Shown here: in pieces, positions 1 to 11,892 of the stretch | Layout: each line of letters begins with the position of its first letter | Position numbering within the stretch: the first letter of the stretch is position 1 | Assembly (NCBI RefSeq): GCF_006345805.1 | Contig: NC_042997.1 | Span: forward strand, 163,184,001 to 163,248,000 | Direction of reading: 5' to 3' | Source: Octopus sinensis | Taxonomy: Eukaryota | Length of the DNA stretch: 64,000 nucleotides | Notes under the pieces: model-generated | Databases searched by the model: none | What the model saw: only the letters and a program-made list of their open reading frames with translations | Told to the model about the DNA's origin: nothing | Translations under genes and position numbers: made by a program

Positions 1-1202
1 ATGAACAACTGCATAAACAGACATACGTCTCATTAATTTCTGTACTTCATTTGTCGGTAGAAAATTATTTGAAATGCAAATTTTAGAAAATAGAAGGGAA
101 GAACGATGCTATGCATGTTTTCTGTAGATTATCTAAACAAGAAACAATTTCGTTTTTTTACAAAATAAAAGATATCATCTTCACTAACAGATACCTCCTT
201 TATCAGTCGAACACTTAATTATTAATGTCAGGATATATAATTTATGTAATTTTAAGGAGAGGTTTGCTTTCTTTGTTTTGGAAGAGCGGGAGGGGGGGTT
301 GCATTTTTGGCGGGGTGGGTAAATTGCTCAAATTCATTTAAATTCAGTACACCATCACCAATAATTGTTATTCAAAAAAGATACGAGGGTGAGGGACAGT
401 ATATGATTAGATCTGATAACAGAAAATATGCCAAAAACATATGTATATTTTAATTTTGACCAGTATAGTCGCAGACTCTCGCTTCTCATTTTATGTGTAG
501 GTGCTTTGTTACTACTTTAGTTTTTGTTGTTGTTTCTTATTCACCAAGTCTTTACGAAATATCGGCGGTGGGGGGGGGGAAGGAAACAAAATAAAGAACA
601 CATAAAACCGATTCTTATATCATAATACAGATGTCAAGACAAAAGATTTTGCAAGGATAGAGTATAACATGTTTTAACAAGATAGGTTGGTTCTCACTTT
701 AATCTGGCTCTAAACTTGAACCCTCTATATGTATATTATATTACGTGTGTGCGTGTGTGTGTGACAGAGAGAGAAAGACTTTCTGCTAGCTTGATGTGTC
801 TAGCTGCAGCAGAATCACCTCCGTTAAAGGGAACCCTGTTTATCATACACAATTTGATATGGGAATAACTTTTTTTTTTTAAATATATACAAAAAATTTT
901 TTTATGATTGATATTATACAGGGGAATAAAACGGATGACAGGATAATTTTAGATTACTTTTGCTTCTTTAAAAAAAATCTAACTACAAAGAATTTAGCAT
1001 GTAAGTTTTCTTTAAGGATAAATTTCTTTTGACTAGACAAAATTTGTGGAGGAAAGAATAACGCCGACTGCAATACTCGGTTATTACTGGTACTTATTTA
1101 TATTGTCCGTCTTGGAGGAGAGAGATGGAAGACCAAGTCCTATCTACTATAATAATTTAATAAGCATAATTAATCAAAACAGCCTCCAGTTCTTTCACTT
1201 AC

Positions 1203-1420
1203 CTATGTTGATGGTCATCAGTGAATCCGTGAGATGTTTTCACGTTAAGTAGATCCTCATTCGCAATAAGATAGTATTTTAGTCACCAGCTACTAATGTA
1301 TTTACTTAAGATACTGTTTTTCCTGTTCGTGTAAAAGCGGTGATAACCCTTTAACACTTCTCGTTAGCATCCAACAGACTTTCCAACTGCTGCTAGCTCG
1401 GGACCGAATTGAGTGCATAA
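1203..1420 (-). promoter_or_regulatory. Candidate first (5' UTR) exon or promoter of a gene running leftwards out of the window
   Basis: Minus-strand donor ATAG|GTAAGT (plus-strand cttac at 1198-1202). Unique, non-repetitive sequence with several CpGs and a TGATGTCA (ATF/CRE-like) site at about 1426-1433. No long ORF. The upstream boundary is a guess. Confidence 0.3.
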
Positions 1421-1548
1421 ACTAATGATGTCATCAGTCTGTGTGTTTATATATGCCATGTGCCGTTATGGCATTTTTGAAAGATTTTTTCCATTTCTAA
1501 TTTACATTGGACTCTTTTTTTTAAATATAACTGACAAAAGAGGTACCT

Positions 1549-1990
1549 TATTTATTGAATATAAATATTATTTTAATAACAATATCTTATTTAAATATAT
1601 TGTCATTCATTTAAAAACAAAAGCAACAGAAATATATATTAAATATCTAGTTTTCGTTAATGCAAGCTAATAATAATTTTGTAAATAAAAATATTCCTTG
1701 CTTTTTCTGCAGCATATTAAGGTATTCTCGTGAATTTATTTAAAATAATGTGTTTCTGTATATAAATAACTATGAGATACTCTATTTATTGAATATAAAT
1801 ATTATAATAAACATCTTAAATTACAGCGTTGTGCATTTAAAAACAAGACAAAAATATATTAAATCTCTAGATTCCGTTAATGCAAGCTAATAATAATTTG
1901 ATAAATGGAAATATTCCTAGCTTTTTCCAAAGTATATATTGAGGTATTCTCTTAGATTTATATAAATTCATATATTTTCTGTATATAATT
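1549..1990. repeat. Diverged tandem duplication, period 234 bp, two copies
   Basis: tatttattgaatataaatatt occurs at 1549 and 1783. cgttaatgcaagctaataataattt, catttaaaaacaa and aggtattctc also recur in both copies at similar spacing. Confidence 0.85.
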
Positions 1991-1999
1991 ATGTTGTGG

Positions 2000-2095
2000 G
2001 TAGTTTAGCGTTGAAAACACCGGTTTCCCGTCAGATTCGACGAATTAAACAAGACTGGTATTTACATTAGGCAGCTGATGCTGGGAACCGTTTAA
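2000..2095 (+). pseudogene. Degenerate 5S rRNA-derived sequence (pseudogene or SINE3-like head)
   Basis: CGTTGAAAACACCGGTT at 2009-2025, followed by tcccgtcagat, aattaaacaa and ctgggaaccg, follows the order of the invertebrate 5S rRNA sequence as I recall it (CGTTGAAAACACCGGTTCTCGTCCGATC..AAGTTAAGCAA..CCTGGGAATACCG). The 3' half is heavily diverged. Confidence 0.55.
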
Positions 2096-2279
2096 GTACG
2101 AATCAAGTGAAAAGCAACTAATTAGTTCATTGAATGTTTCATATGGAATGTTAGCAGTGAAGCAAAGTCTGTATTTATGTTGCACATTTCGTGGAATCAC
2201 ACTCAGTTTGTTTCTCCTTTAATATCTATCTATAGGCTTGTCAGTTGCAGCGTTCACTTTTATATACATACTTACATAC

Positions 2280-2290
2280 ATATATATCTA

Positions 2291-2356
<66 letters not shown>

Positions 2357-2372
2357 TATGTATGTGTGTGTG

Positions 2373-2407
<35 letters not shown>

Positions 2408-2539
2408 GTATATATATATATATGTGTATATATATATATGTATGTGTGTGTGTATATATATATGTATGTGGTATATATATATATATATGTGTGTGTGTGT
2501 ATATGTATATATGTGTATGTATATATATATATATATATC

Positions 2540-2570
<31 letters not shown>

Positions 2571-2585
2571 CTGTGTGTGTATATA
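2280..2585. repeat. Compound (TA)n/(TG)n microsatellite
   Basis: Directly visible. It accounts for the YI/VC-rich ORFs at 2177-2698. Confidence 0.97.
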
Positions 2586-3224
2586 ACAAAATTACTGTCT
2601 TGCAACACACATCTAAAACAATGTTGATCGCTTTCCTGAAAATACAGTGTTCTTATCAACTACGTAAGATCTATTGTCGCATTGACTTAATATACTGATT
2701 ATATACGCTATTTGCTGAATCGATTGGAAGAAAAAAGTTAACACACAAGCTATTCTACAAGTCACAGAACACTAATGTACTCATTGAATATCACATGCAT
2801 TGGCTTAATTACTTATTATTGTTTCCAAATATAACAAGACCACTTTGTTATTCTTCGGCAATTTGTATCTTTCGCCAAAATACAATTCATATTCAATTAA
2901 ATATATTTTACATCAAAAATAGTCTTCAGCATTTGAAAATTACTAAACCGATGTAATCCTTTATATTTTATTGAAAACTTTATTACAAGAGACATAGCGG
3001 CCTTGGAACTGAGTTCTATGGAAGAAAAATATACCTCATTAAATATGCTTAACCCTGACCCAATTTTAAGTAATAATACCCACCCAAACTCCTACCTCGT
3101 TACCCACTCAGTGCTTATCAGTTGACAAAATAAAAACAGAAGTTGCGTGGCGTTGTTGCTGTTTCACTGGAAACTGATTTACTCTGTAGCGATGAAATTC
3201 TAGCAAGAATTAACAGGCAGTATT

Positions 3225-3670
3225 TCGAAAAGCTTGCCTCCCACCATGTGGTCGAGAGTTCGGTGCCACGCAGTGGCACCATGGGGTAGCTGTCTTCTAT
3301 AGTCCCAGGTCGACCGGCGCCTTGTAAGTGGATTTAGTAGACAGAAACTGAAAGAAACCCGTTGTTTATACATACATATATATATACATGTGTATATATA
3401 TATATATACATGTGTATATATATATATATGTATGTATGTCCATATGGGTATATCTTTTGCGTTTATGTTTGTCTCCTACCACCGCTTGTCAACCAGTGTT
3501 GGTTTGTTTACGTCCCTGTAACTCAGCGGTTCGCAAAAGAAATAAGTACCATGCTTTAAAAAAAACTAAATAAGAACTGGTGTCGATTTATTCGACTAAA
3601 AGCTCATAAGACGATCCTCCAGCATGGTCGGAATCCAATAACTGAAACATGTAAGAGAAACGATAAAAGA
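3225..3670 (+). mobile_element. tRNA-head SINE, family A (diverged copy)
   Basis: Contains ...gtggatttagtagacagaaactgaaagaa..., an internal TA/TG tract and the tail gtccctgtaactcagcggttcgcaaaaga...actgaaaca, all shared with copies at 6.5, 14.1, 28.4, 52.5 and 58.5 kb. Confidence 0.85.
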
Positions 3671-5503
3671 TTTTTAAAATGAGGTAGAAAATAAATTTTA
3701 AAAAAATAGAATGAAGTGTTAGATTGAGCCAAGTGAATAGTTGGACAGGGAAATTAGTACAGATGTAACTTGATGAATTAGAAGAATATTAGAGGGTGAA
3801 GTGAATGACGGTTATGTCAGCTGGAGGACGACATACAACCCACAATGACTGTTCTTGGTCTAGCCTGATCTTTATGTTTAATGTCGTTCTTTTAAATATT
3901 TATGTTTGAACTAAAATTGTATCATGTTAAAAGTGAACTAAATGGGAAAGGAGGAAGATTGGCTACTTGAAAGGAATATACAGTATACAATGGCATGAGT
4001 AGGTGATTGAGAAGTTTGCTTTGCAATCACTTGATACCAAGTTCAATCCTAGTGCTCAACACCTTGGGTGTCTTTTACCATAACTTTAGGTTGATTCAAG
4101 CTTTCTAAAACAAGTTGAGCAGATTGAAAATGTGGAGAAACATGTTAGATATACTTTACCTTCTTTTGGTTTGTAAATTTAATTCATTACTCAGCTTAAC
4201 GCTGCCCATAATCTTTTGGAGACTTTTACAGAGGCCATTCTGTTACAAGCATTCAGACCAGATTTAAGGATAACCTTCCTTCCTCTCACCAGTCTAACAG
4301 CCATTGCAGAATATAATAGCTGCTACCCTTCTTGCTGATTAAGTTATAAAACAGATGTTGGAATGTATTGAGATTATCATTGATATGATCAGGGTGTGTA
4401 CTAGAAAAATATTCCTTCAGTTATTTGTAGACACAAGATAGGATTATTGATGGAAATTACTTATCACTAGTGTTTCCTGCCACATGATAGGACATATTTA
4501 ACATAGAAATAACAGAAACATAGCCCAACCTGATCATAACATCCTTTATAATTCCTATTGCTCTAAATCCACCACTAGCACTTGTATGTATTTCAAAATA
4601 ATATCATTAGTTACCAATTGTAGTTTTCAAATCTGATATAAATGCCTTATTGTGTTGCTACACTCATTTAATTGAAAGCATTGATTCACTATCAGTCTGG
4701 AATTCCATTTGCCTATTTTAAAGATATTATTAGTAACATTAGCTTTATACTTGGGTTTCTGTCTACTGCTCTCCAACAGACTGAATTAAATATCCCAAGT
4801 TTAGACTAATAGTATTCATATCTTTATCATATATAATGGAGTTAATCCTCTAATGCATCTCTTTGAATCACATGCCATTTATAGACATGCCCATGTGATA
4901 AAGAACTTTTTTTTGCAACTATATGGTTTCAGGTTCTATCCCACTGCACTGCACTTTTAGCAAATAGCTTCTATAGCCTTATGTTGAACAAAACTTTGTA
5001 AATGAAATTTGATTGATGTCAAGTGTGCAAATAGTCATTAGAGCAACTATTTCTGTTCTTTGGTGGTGGTGCTGCTGCTGCTGGTGCTGGTGGAATTTGT
5101 CACCCAGTTTAACACTCTCACTGGCATTTGGGTTCCTTTAGCAGAATTCATTCTGTTTCATGCATTTGGGATAGGTCTGCAGTTTGAAAAGAATATGTTT
5201 TAAATATGACATATATAATGAAGATATTCTCGCTTGTAATAATTAACCAAACTGATTTAGTTAAATTAAATTTGATTGATTTTATACAATGAGTGATGAA
5301 TTGAAACAATTGTAGGTTTTGTCAATGTATTAATAAATTTTTATTAATCTTATCTCTATCTTCTCTCTTGGTTTTTATGATATTAATAATATAGGTGTGT
5401 GCCTATATTATTTGGTATTCAACCAGTCTAATCTTGGATATTTTTATCACTCCGAGGTTTATATCTTCCATTGTACTTTGATCTATATATATATATATAT
5501 ATA

Positions 5504-5576
5504 AAAAACCATGCCAAAACTGACCTCGCCTGTATGTGGCACCAGCATAGGTGAGGTCAGTTTTGGCATGGTTTTT
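5504..5576. repeat. Hairpin with a perfect 24-bp outer stem, made from an RTE-tail SINE fragment
   Basis: aaaaaccatgccaaaactgacctc (5504-5527) and its exact reverse complement (5553-5576). A third direct copy lies at 5594-5617. Confidence 0.95.
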
Positions 5577-5584
5577 AATTTTTT

Positions 5585-5815
5585 TCCAGCTGTAAAAACC
5601 ATGCCAAAACTGACCTCATCTGAACTGGTGCCAAGTAAAAAGCACTCAGCTAACTCTGCAAAGTAGCTGGTGCTAGGATGGGCATCCAGCTGTAAAAAAA
5701 CCCATACCAAAACAGACACAAGTATGGTGCAGGCTTCTGCCTGCCCAACTCTTGTAAAATTGTCTGACCCATTCCAGCATGGAAGGAAAATGCTAAACAT
5801 TGATGATGATGTGGT
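5585..5815. mobile_element. RTE-tail SINE, family D
   Basis: gggcatccagctgta...ccattccagcatggaaggaaaatgctaaacattgatgatgatg is the family tail ending in (GAT)n. Confidence 0.8.
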
Positions 5816-5864
5816 GGTGGTGGTGGTGGTGTGGTGGTGGTGGTGGTGGTGGGCTGAATATATA

Positions 5865-5896
<32 letters not shown>

Positions 5897-5900
5897 TTAA

Positions 5901-6106
5901 CCCTTTAGTATTCAGATTTGTTTGTCAAATATAATGCTTATTTGTTCACATTATTTAAAATTATTCATGCATTGTCTCATAACTTCAAGATTCTTTGTTT
6001 TAGAAAGACATTGCAGGGTAGGGGTGAGAGGCTGGATCTGGCTGCTTTGAACATAAAAAAGGTAGAATGTGTGTGGGCAGATCTGGTCAGTTTGAATACT
6101 AAAGGG
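5901..6106. mobile_element. piggyBac-like MITE
   Basis: TTAA at 5897-5900 followed by TIR ccctttagtattca; reverse TIR tgaatactaaaggg at 6093-6106. The right TSD is imperfect. A related copy lies at 45221-45398. Confidence 0.75.
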
Positions 6107-6477
6107 GTATATAGGGACTGGATCTTGAAGTACACATAAAGATATAAATAATAGCAAAACAATGGGTTGAAAAACCCTTTTAGATAGAAAAATTTCAAGG
6201 CTGTCTGTGGGACTTGAACTCAAATTTCCTGTAGATAGGTGGTCTACCATTGGACTAAAACAACCGTTTGAATTTCTTTATTCTTTCTAGTAATAATTGC
6301 CTGATGTCAGCAATCATTGTTATCATCATTTCACATCTGTTTCCAAGCTGGCACGGGTTGGACAATTTGACTAGAGCTGGCAAGCTGGAGGAATATGCCA
6401 AGTTCTGTTGCCTGTTTTAGCATGGTTTCTATGGCTGGCCGCACTTCATAATACCAACCACCTTACAGAGTGTACTC

Positions 6478-6870
6478 TCTTTTACTTGTTTCAGTCATTT
6501 GACTGCAGCCATACTGGAGCACCACTTTTAGTCGAGCAAATCGACCCCAGGACTTATTCTTTGTAAGCCTAGTACTTATTCTATCAGTCTCTTTTGCCGA
6601 ACCACTAAGTTACAGGGATATAAACACACCACCATCGATTATCAAGCGATGTTGGGGGGACAAACACACACACAAACACATATATATATACATATACATA
6701 TTTACAACGGGCTTCTTTCAGTTTCCACCTACCAAATCCACTCACAAGGCTTTGGTCAGCCCAAGGCTATAGTAGAAGACACTTGCCCAAGGTGCCACAC
6801 AGTGGGACTGAACCCGGAACCATGTGGTTGGTAAGCAAGCTACTTACCATACAGCCACTCCTGTGCCTAT
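6478..6870 (-). mobile_element. tRNA-head SINE, family A (near full length)
   Basis: The reverse complement starts ggagtggctgtatggtaagtagc (A-box-like) ... ggttccgggttcagtccc (B-box-like), then cttgggcaagtgtcttctactatagcc, and ends tgactgaaacaagtaaa. Confidence 0.92.
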
Positions 6871-6899
6871 ACTGGGTGCTTTTTTCATTGGCACCAGCA

Positions 6900-7770
6900 C
6901 CAGTGGGATCGCCAAGTAACTTACAAGACAAGGTCCCCTAAACTGGAACGAGTAGTACTGCAGGAGGTGGCTTTGTACCAGTTGATAAGAGGTTAAAAGA
7001 ATAATAAAGGGATAGAAATAGGTGCCGTGCAGTGGAAGAGATACATGGATACTCCAGTTGGAGAAGATGAGAGAGAAAAGTAAAGATGAAGAGGGTGAAA
7101 GAGATGGTGGAGAATATGTATCAGGACATACCCCCAAGGTACAGTGGGTTTTGAATATAGGTGAAATGATTCAGAGGATTGGACTAGGTTATTGGGCAAT
7201 GGGGGACAGAGGTAAAGTTTCATAAGAATGTGAGGAGAGATGATTAGATGGGATACAGGTGACTGCAGTAATTGATGGTGAGAGATATAAGAGTGGCTCA
7301 GCAGGTTGGGTTATGATAGATATGTGTGAGCATTGATAGTGGTAGCAAATAGGAAAACAGGTGTTAAGGATGGGATATAGCAGAGGGGAGAGAGCATGGT
7401 TGGAGGAAGAAAATGAGGAATGGAAGGGATGCTAGGATAGAGGAACAAAGAGGAAGGTGATAAAAGGAAGAGGATGAAGAATGCACCTATTCTGCTTTCA
7501 GGTGATTGTGGTAGCTGAATAATACCAGAGATATAGAAATGATGGGAGTTACAGAACGAGATGTGGTGGGGAAAAGCTTGACGGGAGCAGTGAGAATGGA
7601 AGTGGGGCAGAGCTCTGCATGTACAAGCATTTATCAAGGTGGTTTTAAGATATCAATTCTGTTGTGGTGGATAGGACTTCTCAAGCACAGCAAAGCACCA
7701 GTTATCTCGGTCCTTTATCATCCTCTAGAAAGTGAGGAAAGAGAGATGGTGATAATGGTATCTATGTAAA
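6900..7770 (-). mobile_element. Decayed retroelement fragment, possibly Penelope-like
   Basis: Purine-rich on the plus strand with broken ORFs. Shares ggaggtggcttt(g/a)taccag.tg..aagaggttaaaa with 61.9 kb, so it is a dispersed repeat. The family assignment is tentative. Confidence 0.4.
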
Positions 7771-7962
7771 AAAAAGTTGCCATTAAACAAAACAGGTAAC
7801 ACAAACACGTCAATAAAAAAAAGATCGGAAATATTTTCTGAAAATAGTAAGAATGTTTAATATCCATTTTTTACATTGTATCATGCAATCAAGAAAAGGA
7901 AACTTAACAATATTAACAAATTTAATAAGAAAGATAATGTTTGATAAATCATAATCATCATC

Positions 7963-8275
7963 ATCATCGTTTAAAGTCCGTTTTCCATGCTAGCATGGGT
8001 TAGACAGTTCAACCAGGGTCTGGGAAGCCAGGAGGCTGCACCAGGCTCCAGTCTGATCTAGCAGTGTTTCTACCGCTGGATGCTCTTTCTAATGCCAACC
8101 ACTCTGTGAGTATAGTGGGTGTTTTTTTATGTGCCAGGCAAGGCTGGCAACGGCCATGGTTGGCTGGTGCTTTTTACGTGCCACCGGCACAGAAGCCAGT
8201 CAAGGCGGCACTGGCATCGGCCACATTCGGATGGTACTTTTTACATGCCACAGCACAGATATCACAACTACAATT
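7963..8275. mobile_element. RTE-tail SINE, family D, with 2-3 internal tttacgtgccaccggcac units
   Basis: catcatcatcgtttaaagtccgttttccatgctagcatgggtt...ggatgctctttctaatgccaaccactctg. Same architecture as 18030-18840 but not expanded. Confidence 0.9.
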
Positions 8276-8350
8276 TAAGTAAAGTTAAAGAAATTTACTG
8301 GAAATTGAAATACCCTTTCTCATAAAAGGTATTCCAGTTTAATGTGTATA

Positions 8351-8566
8351 CAAGGGGGTGCTGAAAAGTTCCTGGCTTTAAGGGTATTGCAAAAGTCCTG
8401 CTTGAAGACCCAACCTTCCAATTTTTTTTACAGGACTTAGAAAAACTGAAGGTACCACTGCAATAAGTGTGTGAATCTGAGAGGGGAATATGTTGAACAA
8501 AATCATAATTAACTGCTCCTCCTGTGTTTTCTTTTACCCAAAGCCAAGAACTTTTCATCGCCCATT
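8351..8566. mobile_element. mariner-type MITE
   Basis: TA then TIR caagggggtgctgaaaagttcctggcttt; reverse TIR aaagccaagaacttttcatcgccc at 8540-8563. Confidence 0.8.
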
Positions 8567-9017
8567 CTTATTAACAGAGGCAGAAAAAAATGTTACTGAA
8601 GCAAGGCATTATGGATGTCTGTCATTAAACTAACTTATAAGCGAATAATAATTAAATTTTATTTTATCACTATATAGTCACTGTTAAGGCAGAAAATATA
8701 ATAATTAAGGAAAACAGGGGTCGTAGGGCTTTGATTAATAACAATGTGATGGTTGATTTTCTTTATAGAGTATGCTATATTTTGTTATCATTGGCTAGCA
8801 AAAGACCTTAATAGTTACAATTAATACCCACTGATTCCCCCTTCCTCTCTAGTTATCTACCTTAGCTTAACAGCATGCCCTTTCTTGTGGATCTATTTTT
8901 AATTCTGTTAGAAAAGCTACTCATTTGACTTTAGACTATAAAGTATTTGTGTGTGTGTGTGTATGTATGCATGCATGCATGCATGTATATATATATATGT
9001 ATGTGTGATATATATAA

Positions 9018-9048
<31 letters not shown>

Positions 9049-9424
9049 GGTTTGTAGTTTTGAGTACTTTTCCATTACTTCAATAAGGGAATATATAACC
9101 TGTGTACAAAATGGTTTATAAGAGAGAAGAGTATCCATGACTAGTTTCCTACCTCTCAGTTGCCAAAGTTAAGAATACACATGCACACACACACACACGT
9201 ATGTACCTATGTATGTATATGTGCATAGGTATGTACGTATCTATGTATGTATGTATGTACATACATACATATGCATGTATGTATGTATGTACATACATAC
9301 ATATGCATGTATGTATGTATGAAAGAATAGAGATGGAGAGAAAGCAAAGACCAAAGTCCTAGTAAGCTGGGAACAGAGAGGACTCCTTTCAAGAAAATGG
9401 CTCTGCTCAATAGGTAGGAATGGC

Positions 9425-9645
9425 ATAGGTAGAAATTCGCCTGACTGGCCCTCGTGCCGGTGGCATGTAAAAGTACCCACTACACTCTCAGGGTGGTTGG
9501 TGTTAGGAAAGGCATCCAGCTGTAGAAACTCTGCCAGGTCAGATTGGAGCTTGGTGCAGCTATCTGGTTCGCCAGTCCTCAGTCAAATCGTCCAACCCAT
9601 GCTAGCATGGAAAGCGGATGTTAAACGATGATGATGATGATGATG
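9425..9645. mobile_element. RTE-tail SINE, family D
   Basis: gactggccctcgtgccggtggcatgtaaaagtacccactacactc...ccaacccatgctagcatggaaagcggatgttaaacgatgatgatg. Near-identical layout at 28140-28375. Confidence 0.9.
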
Positions 9646-9879
9646 TACTCAGTGAAAGTTATATAAACATAAAAAGTGCAGTGGAATCACAGGAAGATTA
9701 ACAGAGACAGGTTTTGGAAATGGCATAAGCACAGGAGCAATAAACACTAGGAATAAACAGGTAATAGATTTCTTCATATGCCAGGAGGTTCCCTAAAATT
9801 AGTAGATACATTTTGTCACTTAGGTGAAGAGAAAGTTCTGAAAGTATAGTTGCTAAAATAAGAATATTGTGTAGGAAGT

Positions 9880-10740
9880 TCAGAGAGTTTAGTAACAAAA
9901 TCTCTCTTTCAGAGATAAAGGCAGATTGTATGATGCCTGTGTACGAACAGCAATGCTATATGGTAGTGAAACATGGTCCATGAATACAGAGTTCAGGTGA
10001 AGACTGGAAAGGAATGAAGCTAGCATATTCTCTTGAATGTGCAATGTCAGTGTGCATGTACAACAAAGTGCAAATGTATTGAGAGAAAAATTTGCCATAA
10101 GAGGAATCAATTGTAATGTACGAGAGAGAAGACTGCATCGGTATGGCTATGTGATGCACATGGAAGGAAATAACTGTGCAAAGACGATCACTAAATGAGG
10201 AAGAGGCAGTAGAAAAGAGTGTTATGAAAAGCCTGACAGCTAGAATTAGAACAAGATGGAAAAGTTCTGAGAGTTGTTATCATTGCTGATAACACAGATT
10301 CCCTCTTTAAGTGAAAGGTAGACTACGATTCTTGTGTACAATCTATGATGCTGTATGATAGTAAGATGTAGGTACTAAAGGTAGAGGATGTGTGATGGTT
10401 GGTAAAAAAAAATGTGAGCATGATTTGCTGGATGTGTAATAACACTGTGTGATCAACGTGACACAGATGAGTTGAAAGAAAAGCTAGGTATAAGAGGAAT
10501 GTCCATGTATAAGAGGAAGTTGGGCTGGTACAGAGATGTAATGTGTATGAAGATGGCAAGTGGGTGAAAAAGTGTGAGGAGATTCAAGTGAAAGGAACCA
10601 GTAGAAGAAAACTTTGGAAGACATGAGCAGAAGTAGTGAATGGTAATCTCAGGAAGATAAACTTCTCAAAGGAGTTGACAAAGGAATGCAACAAATAGTG
10701 GGAGGTTGTATTGAAGACCTGTCTAATCTATGCAAACATA
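9880..10740 (+). mobile_element. Decayed RTE-clade LINE 3' fragments
   Basis: ctctttcagagataaaggcagattgtatgatgcctgtgtacgaacagcaatgctatatggtagtgaaacatgg encodes the KGRLYDACVRTAMLYGSETW motif. Homologous to 34.3 and 51.6 kb. Confidence 0.8.
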
Positions 10741-11892
10741 ATTGCATGTGTCAAACAGAATTAGTTGAGGTAGATCAACCAAGGGTGGATGCTCTTCTTA
10801 TCACCAACCCTAACTTGTTTCCAAGGAAGGTAATATTTTGTTTTGACCAGACATGTTTTTACTGAAGACTGTAAACTATCATAAAAAGCCATGTAATTTG
10901 CACACCTGTGTAATTTATACAGGTGATTTACAAGATAAAAATTGTTGAAAAAGCTTCTAATGGTGTAAAATTCACATCCAAAAGTTTTCAGAATTGCCGA
11001 TATGGCCAGGGGATAAAGGTTTTCAATTTAGTTGTATTTAGCATAATTTCACTTATGATTAGATTTTATTACATTTTCATTAAATAAAAATAATTTCTGT
11101 TTAACAGGTATCACATTGAAAGCTAGTAAATTACGAAGTGTTTGTGTTTTTTATAAAAAACTTTATTTTATATTTCTTGCCCACAAGAGATTATGCCCAA
11201 TCTTTATCATACTTTTCAAATCATGATCACAGGAAAAGTTGTTGGATGTCTGGACGACTTCATTGCCCTGGTCTGCTCTGTCCACAACAACATGGTGGGT
11301 AGTGTATGACAGAAACCTCCATTACCTTATACAATGTTTAATGTTGTTTCACATTCATGTTGAATTATGCAGCAATCTTATGTTCTCTTCATAGAACACT
11401 TGTAATGTATGTATTACCAGTTCTTTTGGTATAGTAGATTTATGCTATTCTTGTTTATGTCTCCTCACAGACATGTATATTCTAACAAGTCACTTCTTAA
11501 ATTTCGCACCTCACTTGTTCAATAAACACCAAGTTAAACTTGCAAAGCTGTTTATTTTCTCCTTTCAATTTTTAATGTTTATCTTAGCAGGTTACCAAAC
11601 TATCAGTTTGGTCTTCTGACTAAAACAGTAATGACAAATTTTTAAGTTTGCTTGACATTTTATAAGTGTGAAAGGGATTAAAATTACAATACTCCATATC
11701 AAAGATTCTGACAAGAATAAACAGAAAACCAGAGCTTGAGACAAGAAGACACTTTCAACCAATCAGAATTCTGTTAACATAATCAGTTTGATCGGTCACA
11801 AGTGTCAACCAAGCTGATGTTTATTGGTAATTAAACTTATATTGCAATACTTGTCCGTATTTATCAGCTTTGTTTTTGTTAATAAGAATTAT

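Noticed and set aside
2177-2698. YI/VC/TH-rich ORFs here and at 8.9-9.5, 19.3-19.7, 29.0, 31.0, 32.0-33.1 and 46.7-47.6 kb
   Set aside because: They are translations of dinucleotide and tetranucleotide microsatellites.
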